Source: an uncultured virus (IMG/VR IMGVR_UViG_3300033064_004300)
Lineage: Duplodnaviria > Heunggongvirae > Uroviricota > Caudoviricetes
Strand: one strand, 5' to 3'
Length of the DNA: 64,000 bases
IMG/VR virus record: IMGVR_UViG_3300033064_004300
Every line of letters begins with the position of its first letter. Within the stretch, counting starts at the first letter, position 1. The position numbers and the translations under genes were made by a program. The notes under the pieces are model-generated. The model was given only the letters and a program-made list of their open reading frames with translations. It did not search any database and was not told where the DNA came from. Positions 48,569 to 56,171 of the stretch are shown in pieces.

Positions 48569-49189
48569 CCCACCCTCGTAGGGGACACGCCTACGATGCC
48601 GGGGTGCAGCTAGGTTAACTGCATTAAACGTTTCTCGCCCGAAAGTTTGAGAACGCCCCTAAAAGCCCGGTCTCCACTTCTAACCCCGTGGAAATCGACG
48701 GGTTTGCTGTTTGCAAATAGCGAACAGGTAAGGGCTATTGTTCACCAAGGTGGACAGTACCCGGCGCAGTGTTCAACTTGCTGAACATAATGTTTTTGCG
48801 CACCGCAGGTCTAGCAGGCACCGTTTTTGTCAGCTAAACTTACTTTTTCATGAATCCTGAAATTTGCAAAATCGTGAAAAAGTCTTGAGGTCACAGCGTT
48901 GTTGTGTTCTCGTAAATTTACAAACATGCTCGTAACCATTTCCGTAACGTCACGAATATGGTCCGCCCCTTCTCCAAACTGACGAAAGACTTCAGTGCCG
49001 AACGCCGCGCCTGCATCGATGAGCGCAAGAAGTATCATGGCTTGCAAATTGCTTCGTGCAGTGGTACGGTGCCCTTGAACTACCGAGAAATCCTCGGCAG
49101 TTCAGGCGTACTGAGTAGTCCCGCACACTAGTCACGCGACTAAACTTTCACCCGACGTGCAGGCAATTTATGTTGCGTTTCAGCGTGGG
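48569..49189 (+). ncRNA. candidate large highly structured non-coding RNA (~620 nt)
   Basis: about 14 helices readable by eye, mostly G-U wobbles on +, GAAA loops, long-range closing stems; no credible ORF. Confidence 0.7.
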
Positions 49190-49239
49190 AAGTTTGCGTA
49201 AAAACGCTAACATGTAAGTAAAATAAAGAGTTTTTTCAT

Positions 49240-50109
49240 ATGGCGTCACAAGACTACTTTCCTTATTACGTTAAAAATACATATAATTCTTTAAATCCCA
49301 CTGTATACCCTAGAATTTCTGAACCTTATGAAAGAGGTGACCTAGGACCAAGCTTTGGTGCATTTGATGAAGCAACAAACGAATACAAATTTACACCGGA
49401 AGGGGAACTGTACAAAAATTATTTTAAAGGGGAAACGGGGCGTGATCTTGTTGTAAAACCTTTTTTTTCGGGGATTCCTGAAGGAGCAGCTGGATATTTT
49501 AAATCTAAAGGACCAGGAGGTTCAACTGATCCAAAGGAACGTATTATTTATATAAATAAAGAAGAAGAGGGGAATCCTTTTATAATCGCACATGAAGGAG
49601 CTCATGCAGGAGATCCTAATTTAGCTAGCCCAAGAGAACAATATTCTCCTGAATCAAGAGATCCTGTAGGTTTTTTAAGAAATTATATAAATAATGAATT
49701 TAATAGTCGCCCTACTATGATTGCCGAAACCGAAGCACAGAGAGGAGCTGTGGAGCAACTTCAGGGTATAGGAGTCCCTACTGGAGCGGATCAAGGTGAC
49801 CCGTGGTTCAAAGGTTATCCGGCTAGTTTTATAGATAAAGGCTTAACTAGAGCTAAACAAATTTTTACTGCACCTATAATACCTGACGTTTTAGGACAGG
49901 TAGCCTACGAATACTTTGCAAAAAATAAAAAAATACCTACTTCTTTTGTTCCTGATGAGCCAACCTATCCCGTCTACCGTGAGTTTGAATTTAGTCCGAG
50001 ACTTGCACAAAACCTCTTAGATCTATCCTTAAACTCCGCTTATAGGGATGAAGAACAACGAATTCGCGATAATACTAAACAATATATAGACTCTCGTTTA
50101 GGTTATTAG
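49240..50109 (+). CDS. HExxH zincin-like protein
   Basis: AAGYF, IIYIN, IIAHEGAH, E.EA. Confidence 0.6.
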   Translation: MASQDYFPYYVKNTYNSLNPTVYPRISEPYERGDLGPSFGAFDEATNEYKFTPEGELYKNYFKGETGRDLVVKPFFSGIPEGAAGYFKSKGPGGSTDPKERIIYINKEEEGNPFIIAHEGAHAGDPNLASPREQYSPESRDPVGFLRNYINNEFNSRPTMIAETEAQRGAVEQLQGIGVPTGADQGDPWFKGYPASFIDKGLTRAKQIFTAPIIPDVLGQVAYEYFAKNKKIPTSFVPDEPTYPVYREFEFSPRLAQNLLDLSLNSAYRDEEQRIRDNTKQYIDSRLGY

Positions 50110-50224
50110 TTAAAATCACATTTTGTTGTTAACGGATTGATGCTTTGTGACCCACAATATTGCTAGGTGCTAATCCGTGACCCACAAAACCGATAAGTCA
50201 ACGCCACTAATCACCTTCGTTACT

Positions 50225-50353
50225 ATGTCTGATACCAAAGCCTTGGAAGAATACTGCGAAGCCAGCTTGGATCTAAGCAACCAAGATGATGTTGGCGATT
50301 ACCAATCCTTTGACACCGTAGAAGAATTGCTTGAGGATCTCCACGACGAGTAG
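50225..50353 (+). CDS. 42-aa acidic peptide
   Basis: MSDTKALEEYCEASLDLSNQDDVGDYQSFDTVEELLEDLHDE. Confidence 0.55.
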   Translation: MSDTKALEEYCEASLDLSNQDDVGDYQSFDTVEELLEDLHDE

Positions 50354-50421
50354 TCCGGTCAACTTCTAGTTTGTTTCAACTTTTAGGGTGTGCGATAAAC
50401 TAAGGCTTATTATCCCAAACC

Positions 50422-50673
50422 ATGACTAACTCTGCTTCAGTAGCAACTATTCTTACAGTTTCTATCCATCGAAAAGATACGAACCCTGTCCATGGCCGTG
50501 GGGTTTTACAAATTTCTATTGACGACGAAGGTGCAGGAGGTTTTGTAAAGATTTGTGAACTAGGCGATGATCTAGAACATTACATAAGCATTGACGCTGA
50601 TGAACTAGATTTGGTTTTCCAGGAAGCCAAAAAGCTTCTTGCTCAGAAAACACTGTGTCCTTTTAAAGATTAG
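50422..50673 (+). CDS. hypothetical protein
   Basis: 83 aa; ISIDDEGAGGFV. Confidence 0.7.
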   Translation: MTNSASVATILTVSIHRKDTNPVHGRGVLQISIDDEGAGGFVKICELGDDLEHYISIDADELDLVFQEAKKLLAQKTLCPFKD

Positions 50674-50690
50674 GCACTATTTCCCAAATT

Positions 50691-50861
50691 ATGAAGCCAA
50701 AATTTCTTGTCATATTGGATCAAGCAATTAATGAGGGCGTGCTTCGTGGGTACAGAAGGGCACTTAAACATGACGAAAATCCGAGTGAAGAACGTATATG
50801 TGAGACTATTGAAGAATGTGTGTTAGGTTCTCTCTATGAGTATTTTGATTTTGACGAATAG
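50691..50861 (+). CDS. 56-aa hypothetical protein
   Basis: MKPKFLVILDQAINEGVLRGYRRALKHDENPSEE...LYEYFDFDE. Confidence 0.7.
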   Translation: MKPKFLVILDQAINEGVLRGYRRALKHDENPSEERICETIEECVLGSLYEYFDFDE

Positions 50862-50934
50862 GAGTGGTTTGTATAGAAACGTCCAAAGTTTTGATTATAT
50901 TTATTGCTAAAATATAGTTAACCGACTCATTTTT

Positions 50935-51294
50935 GTGAGCGAACGGGATCTGCTTTTTAACTTATCCTGTCTTCAAAAAAAATCTGCCCGCAAAACTTTT
51001 AGAAAACAGATCCTTGATGAGTGGGGATGTTGTGCTTATTGCGGCAAACTAAATCCCGCAACACTAGACCATGTTATTCCTCGCTCTCAGGGAGGGCCAA
51101 CAACAAGAAACAACCTCATTGCTGCCTGTGGCGATTGCAATATTCTTAAAGGATCTGAAAATTGGTATCTCTGGTTTAGATCCCAAGAATTTTGGACAGA
51201 AGAAAAAGAGGATCAAATTTTACGCTGGCTTTACTGGCGTGAAATTGATCCTTTTGAGACGCCTCCTGATTGGGCTTTAGCCGTTACTTCTTAA
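50935..51294 (+). CDS. HNH endonuclease
   Basis: CAYCG...TLDHVIPRS.GG....NL..AC..CN..KG. Confidence 0.92.
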   Translation: MSERDLLFNLSCLQKKSARKTFRKQILDEWGCCAYCGKLNPATLDHVIPRSQGGPTTRNNLIAACGDCNILKGSENWYLWFRSQEFWTEEKEDQILRWLYWREIDPFETPPDWALAVTS

Positions 51295-51463
51295 CTAATT
51301 TAGTAACAATACCAGCTAGTAATTCGATTGCCTTATACACTTTTCCATAGACTGCATCGTCTTTTGGTGTGGGCGTAAGGTTGACGATAGCCAAAGCGAG
51401 AACATGAACTGCCGCAGCAACTCCGACGAGTTCAGTCCAATTTTGCGTGAGGTGGTTTAGCAT
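51284..51463 (-). CDS. small holin-like membrane protein
   Basis: MLNHLTQNWTELVGVAAAVHVLALAIVNLTPTPKDDAVYGKVYKAIELLAG. Confidence 0.65.
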   Translation of the reverse strand: MLNHLTQNWTELVGVAAAVHVLALAIVNLTPTPKDDAVYGKVYKAIELLAGIVTKLVKK

Positions 51464-51533
51464 TTTTTTAGAGAAGTCTATTAAAATTATAGACGAACTT
51501 GTTTAAGCAAGTTTCTAGATGTGAGTTTGACTA

Positions 51534-51761
51534 ATGGCCGAAGTCGCACAAAAACGAGACCCTGAAAAATGGGCTCGAGCAAAGGCTAAAGCTCGTAAAC
51601 GTATGGGTGGTCATAGTGCTCGCGCTATGCAGTTAGCCACGAAGTACTATAAAGATATGGGCGGCGGCTACGTTGGCAAGAAGTCTTCAGAAAATAGGCT
51701 GAAGAAATGGTCCAAGGAAGACTGGCAGACTAAGTCTGAATACGAGAAAAAAGATAATTAA
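51534..51761 (+). CDS. basic protein, DUF5872-like N-terminal half
   Basis: SARAMQLA.K.YK..GGGY.GKK.....L.KW.KEDW.TK. Confidence 0.7.
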   Translation: MAEVAQKRDPEKWARAKAKARKRMGGHSARAMQLATKYYKDMGGGYVGKKSSENRLKKWSKEDWQTKSEYEKKDN

Positions 51762-51793
51762 ATAGTACTACACTTCTATGACGCACTTAACTC

Positions 51794-52006
51794 ATGGCTG
51801 ATTTAGCTCGCGAACAAGGTCGAACTGAACGTTATCTGCCTAAAGCAGCGTGGGCATCTATGTCACCTGAAGAGCGACGTGCAACAGATGAAAAAAAGAA
51901 AGCTGCCGCGCGTGGTAAACCAGTCAACACTCACATAGAGAATACTGAAGCTGCTAAAAGAGCAAGTGCTAAGGCTCGGGCTTATCGAGCGTCCAAGGCG
52001 AAGTAA
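51794..52006 (+). CDS. basic protein, DUF5872-like C-terminal half
   Basis: ERYLPKAAW..MS.EER.AT..KK....GK. Confidence 0.65.
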   Translation: MADLAREQGRTERYLPKAAWASMSPEERRATDEKKKAAARGKPVNTHIENTEAAKRASAKARAYRASKAK

Positions 52007-52304
52007 TTCGTAGTTCACCACCTAGTAGTTCTTGAGCACGTGATCCGTCTGGTGGTGCCTCACTAAATACAGCTGCACTATTTTGTTTATCTTCCTGCTC
52101 CCAAGAAGTGTTTATTTTTTTTATTTGTATATCAAGCTCTTCCATGACTATCAAAGTTCTAAATTCTGTCCAGTCGTCCTGGCAATTAGCCTTAACTAGT
52201 TGTAAAAATTTATTATTCTTTAACTTTGAAAAAAATCGTTCAATAAAAATAATTAACTCGTAAATTAGAGCGTTTGTTCGGTTGTAACTGTTTGGAGCGT
52301 TCAT
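51969..52304 (-). CDS. hypothetical protein
   Basis: 111-aa ORF. Confidence 0.6.
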   Translation of the reverse strand: MNAPNSYNRTNALIYELIIFIERFFSKLKNNKFLQLVKANCQDDWTEFRTLIVMEELDIQIKKINTSWEQEDKQNSAAVFSEAPPDGSRAQELLGGELRITSPWTLDKPEP

Positions 52305-52340
52305 GGATTATAATGTAAGTAAATAGGTGGAGTTTTTAAA

Positions 52341-52739
52341 ATGGCTGAAGTAACGTTTAACCGAGAACTTGGTGCTGCACCTGAGGGTATCAGCCGATTT
52401 GGTCAGATTCGCACTAGTAATGGATCTAATGTAACTATAAACAGTTTTAGATCCTTTGCAGGCGATGGAGCGTTTCCACTCGCTGATGTCTTTGAAATTA
52501 CTTTTGGAACTACTGGAACTGCGACTGTAACTTTGACTGCTGAAGCATTTGCTGTTCGAGGTGTGCGAGTTTTTAAATCAGATGGAACTTTAGCTGGTGA
52601 GGCGGAGGCTCCTAAGTTAACCCGCCGAATTGATTCGAGTTTTACTTATTCCGTGACTAACAATGACACTGCTACTGTGTACGTAGATCGTAGTGCTCGT
52701 AGTTCTACTGAGTACAGAGTCACAATTACTGCTGTTTAA
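52341..52739 (+). CDS. beta-rich hypothetical protein
   Basis: GGAG SD; TATAAT upstream. Confidence 0.7.
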   Translation: MAEVTFNRELGAAPEGISRFGQIRTSNGSNVTINSFRSFAGDGAFPLADVFEITFGTTGTATVTLTAEAFAVRGVRVFKSDGTLAGEAEAPKLTRRIDSSFTYSVTNNDTATVYVDRSARSSTEYRVTITAV

Positions 52740-52757
52740 ATTTGTGTATTCTTAATC

Positions 52758-53993
52758 ATGCGAATATCTGAAAACGGTCTGAACTTCATAAAAGAATTTG
52801 AGGGTCTCGAACTCACAGCTTATAAAGACATTGCAGGAGTATTAACAATTGGTTACGGGCATACAGGCAGTGACGTAACCACAGGGCTGACCATAACTAA
52901 GGAACAAGCGTACGCACTCTTAGCCCAAGACACAAATAGTTCTCAGCAATGTGTGAGTTCTTTTGTCAGCGTTAAAATTAATCAGAATGAGTATGACGCT
53001 CTTGTTTCGTTTGTTTTTAACATCGGAACAACAGCGTTTATAAACTCAACACTATTAAAACTTTTAAATGAAGGAGAAAGTAAAGTAATTGTTGCTGCTG
53101 AATTTTTAAGGTGGGTAAAAGCTGGTAGTGATGAGGACGTACCAGGTTTAGTGAGGCGCCGTGGGGCGGAACGCAAATTATTCCTAGAAAAAACTAAGCA
53201 TCCACTCTTGTCAAAATCAATTTTAGCAAAACAAAACACTTGGCTAAAGCGTAAGCCTATTGGTAGTGACGAGTTAACGGCTGAACAAAAACTGTACGTA
53301 CCCAAGGATTCCGCGTGGCAATGGACTGAGCTTCGTACATATGCAGGAGAACTTCACCAAAGAGTATTCCTAACCACAGAAGCCGACAGCGAGTGGTGGA
53401 TTTATCCAGATCATTGGAAAATAATTAATGATGCTGAACCTGCCCCAGTTAAACAACCGAATAAAGAGATTAATTTAAACGTACCTTATTACTCACAACG
53501 TGATAACTATAAAGATCCTATGCGAACTTGCTACTCCAGTAGCTGTGCGATGATGTTAAGCGGTATTGACCCTGAGGCTATTGCAATAGACGATGAGTAC
53601 ATAAAAGTTGTATATAGCTACGGGGATACGACAGAACCTTCCTCTCAGATTAAAGCTCTTAAAGATTTTGGTGTTACTGCGTCGTTTGTTCAAATCGGTA
53701 CTTGGAGTGATATCGAATCTCTACTGAGTAAAAATATTCCTGTGCCTATTGGTATTCTCCACAAAGGTCCTGTCACAGCGCCAACCGGCGGTGGCCATTG
53801 GATTTGTTGTAAAGGAATTACAGCCGACAGAAAAAATATTATCGTGCACGATCCGTTTGGTGATTTAGATCTTGTAGGAGGAACTTATATCTCTACAAAT
53901 GGTAAAGATAAACTTTATTCCAAGAAGAATTTAGGCCCTCGGTGGATGGTTACAGGTGACAAAAGTGGCTGGTTTATCAAAGGGACTAGATAA
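52758..53993 (+). CDS. endolysin: GH24 lysozyme plus C39-like peptidase
   Basis: IK.FEG..L.AY.D..G..TIGYGH, GL.RRR..E..LF; VPYYSQ.DN, C.SSS.AM, GGHW, HDPFG. Confidence 0.92.
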   Translation: MRISENGLNFIKEFEGLELTAYKDIAGVLTIGYGHTGSDVTTGLTITKEQAYALLAQDTNSSQQCVSSFVSVKINQNEYDALVSFVFNIGTTAFINSTLLKLLNEGESKVIVAAEFLRWVKAGSDEDVPGLVRRRGAERKLFLEKTKHPLLSKSILAKQNTWLKRKPIGSDELTAEQKLYVPKDSAWQWTELRTYAGELHQRVFLTTEADSEWWIYPDHWKIINDAEPAPVKQPNKEINLNVPYYSQRDNYKDPMRTCYSSSCAMMLSGIDPEAIAIDDEYIKVVYSYGDTTEPSSQIKALKDFGVTASFVQIGTWSDIESLLSKNIPVPIGILHKGPVTAPTGGGHWICCKGITADRKNIIVHDPFGDLDLVGGTYISTNGKDKLYSKKNLGPRWMVTGDKSGWFIKGTR

Positions 53994-54226
53994 TGGCAAG
54001 AGATTATGCGAAAGAATATCGCGAACATGGCGGCACTGAGAAGCAAAAGAAACGTCGTGCAGCTCGAAATAAAGCGAGAAAGTATATGGAAAAAAATGGG
54101 CGGGTACATAAAGGTGATGGTAAGGAAGTAGACCACAAAAATTTCAATCCGACGGATAACAGTCCAAGCAATCTCCGGGTAGTTTCACAAAAAACTAATC
54201 GTGAGAAGCAACCAAAACGGAGTTAG
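53993..54226 (+). CDS. small basic HNH-motif protein
   Basis: RDY.KEY...RAARN.AR...GDGK.VDH...N...NLRV.....NR. Confidence 0.8.
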   Translation: MARDYAKEYREHGGTEKQKKRRAARNKARKYMEKNGRVHKGDGKEVDHKNFNPTDNSPSNLRVVSQKTNREKQPKRS

Positions 54227-54235
54227 ACTACAAAA

Positions 54236-54760
54236 ATGGAAAAGCATACTTTTGTTCAGCGACCTGGCGGCCTCGGCCCAATGGCTGATCGTGTGAAACC
54301 AATAGGCTCTCCGACTACTGGAAAACCTTCGATGTATGCAAATACATTTGAAGCAATTGAAGCTAGACGTGCATCTACAGTAGATGACATCAATAGAATC
54401 TATGCGCAGTACAAACGCGACCGTGGTGAGTATGCACGTGAACCGATAGGCCCAATTGGGTATGGGGAAGGTAATATGCTTGAGAGTTCTCAGTTAACTG
54501 GACCAGCCGGATATAACCATAAAGATTCGTTGCAGCTACCTATGAGGCCTATGGATATGAACCGGGCACAGTATCTCGTTGACACACAAAATTCAATGAG
54601 TCCCGATATGCGAGCTCAGCTACAAATTATGACGGCGTCTCCTGAGCAAACATTCTTAAAAGCTTCTGACATGACGTACGCTGCGTACCCACAGACGTAT
54701 CGTATGCCAAATTCATTACCCTTACAACTACCACAGAAAGCAGTCTCGGCCAAGAAATAA
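54236..54760 (+). CDS. hypothetical protein
   Basis: 174 aa; GTTAGACT at 54222. Confidence 0.65.
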   Translation: MEKHTFVQRPGGLGPMADRVKPIGSPTTGKPSMYANTFEAIEARRASTVDDINRIYAQYKRDRGEYAREPIGPIGYGEGNMLESSQLTGPAGYNHKDSLQLPMRPMDMNRAQYLVDTQNSMSPDMRAQLQIMTASPEQTFLKASDMTYAAYPQTYRMPNSLPLQLPQKAVSAKK

Positions 54761-54900
54761 TGATGACTAACGGCGGTGAACCTGTTCGGATGGCAGGAAT
54801 GAGACTAGGTCTTGGTCCTGCGGACATTGTGAAGTTAGTCTCAAATCCTTCCGAGATTACTGCTAGGGTGCGATATCAGCAAGCATTCCCCCGTAGCTAG
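54760..54900 (+). CDS. 46-aa hypothetical protein
   Basis: MMTNGGEPVRMAGMRLGLGP...; coupled at both ends. Confidence 0.55.
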   Translation: MMTNGGEPVRMAGMRLGLGPADIVKLVSNPSEITARVRYQQAFPRS

Positions 54901-55583
54901 TGAAGCTTCATTCGGCCAATCTTAATTGGATCACTCCTGAATGTGAGAAAACAATTGCTCGACACGCAAGAGTATCTACTAAAGACCCAGATCGTGAGGA
55001 GTTTGTCAAACTTTTAAGCTTTTGTGTGCGTCACGGGCACTGGAGTGTATTCGAACAAGCGTCGGCTTCTTTTGAGGTTCTGACGACTCGTGCTATCTCT
55101 CCTCAAATATTAAGACATCGAAGTTTTGCCTTTCAAGAATTATCTCAAAGATATTCTGACCCGAGTGAAGTCCTCGTGGGCGATGGAAATGAGTTTGAAT
55201 TTCAGTTAAGACTTCAAACACCAAATAATAGGCAGAGTAGTGCGGATGAAGTCTCTCCCGAAGTAAGAGATTATTTCTGGAATAAACTTAAATCTATCGA
55301 CAGTGAGTTAAAACATTTATATCACGAGATGTTAGACCATGGAATCGCAAAAGAATGTGCTCGAAATGTACTACCTGAATACACGACAACCCGTCTCCAC
55401 ATAAGCGGTACGATTAGAAGCTTCATACACTATGTAGGTCTCAGAGGTAAAGAGAATACTCAGCTAGAGCATCGCAGTATCGCCCGCAGTATCGGAGCCG
55501 TACTTAAAAAAGAACTACCAATTGTGTGTACAGCTCTAAAAACTGTTGAAGACTCTAGCTTAGCTGGCTGGGAGTTTAACTAA
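54900..55583 (+). CDS. thyX: flavin-dependent thymidylate synthase
   Basis: ARVS, GHWSVFE, RHRSFAFQELSQRY, GIAKECAR.VLP, TQLEHR. Confidence 0.95.
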   Translation: MKLHSANLNWITPECEKTIARHARVSTKDPDREEFVKLLSFCVRHGHWSVFEQASASFEVLTTRAISPQILRHRSFAFQELSQRYSDPSEVLVGDGNEFEFQLRLQTPNNRQSSADEVSPEVRDYFWNKLKSIDSELKHLYHEMLDHGIAKECARNVLPEYTTTRLHISGTIRSFIHYVGLRGKENTQLEHRSIARSIGAVLKKELPIVCTALKTVEDSSLAGWEFN

Positions 55584-55586
55584 TTT

Positions 55587-56171
55587 TTATCTAGTCCAGG
55601 GATCGATCCTTGACCCTGGTTCTGCTATTGGTTCTGCTTGCCTCAGTGCATTCGCAGTTGATTGCTGAGCTTGTTGAGCTTGCATAAGACTCACAACTTG
55701 CTTATACTTCTCCAACTCAAGTGTCAGTGCTTGGTTCTGTGCTTGCACCCAGTTCTGTGCATTAGTTGTTAGTTCTTCCAGAGTGCTCTTTGTATGAGGG
55801 AACGCGAAAACGACGTGGCCTTTGTCTTTAGCTGCTATTGTTGTTCCCCCAGTGTTTTCAGCTAAAGCTTTAAGAAAGGAATAGGCTCGTTCAGGTTCTA
55901 TGTTTGTTAAGTACGAAAGTTGAAAGGGGTCGACTAAACCACCGTTCATCTCATATAAAGCTGTAAATGTTGAAGTTACTTTAAGTGACATATCATTTTC
56001 AGCTCGGGTAGCTCGTGTACGCTCTCGCATAACACTGACACCTCCTAGTAAACCACCACCGAAAGCGAGTGCCACACCAAGATTAGCTGGTGCTGTGACT
56101 GCAGTTAAAGCACCAATCCCTAAAGCTCCGACTATTACTAATGTGAAATTAAAGTTTTGGCGGCGTGTCAT
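55587..56171 (-). CDS. membrane-anchored protein with cytoplasmic domain
   Basis: probable start MTRRQ; two N-terminal TM helices. Confidence 0.65.
   Translation of the reverse strand: MTRRQNFNFTLVIVGALGIGALTAVTAPANLGVALAFGGGLLGGVSVMRERTRATRAENDMSLKVTSTFTALYEMNGGLVDPFQLSYLTNIEPERAYSFLKALAENTGGTTIAAKDKGHVVFAFPHTKSTLEELTTNAQNWVQAQNQALTLELEKYKQVVSLMQAQQAQQSTANALRQAEPIAEPGSRIDPWTR

Noticed and set aside
48978..49005. CTGACGA hammerhead-like core
   Set aside because: No stem II followed by GAAA and no matching cleavage triplet could be built.
48811..49047. 78-aa minus-strand ORF inside the structured region
   Set aside because: TTG start, no recognisable motif, and the region is better explained by plus-strand RNA structure.
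49040..49150. Group I intron-like words (AAATTGC, GACTAAA, TAGTCC)
   Set aside because: The P7 halves are in the wrong order, they form a local hairpin, and no interrupted gene flanks the region.
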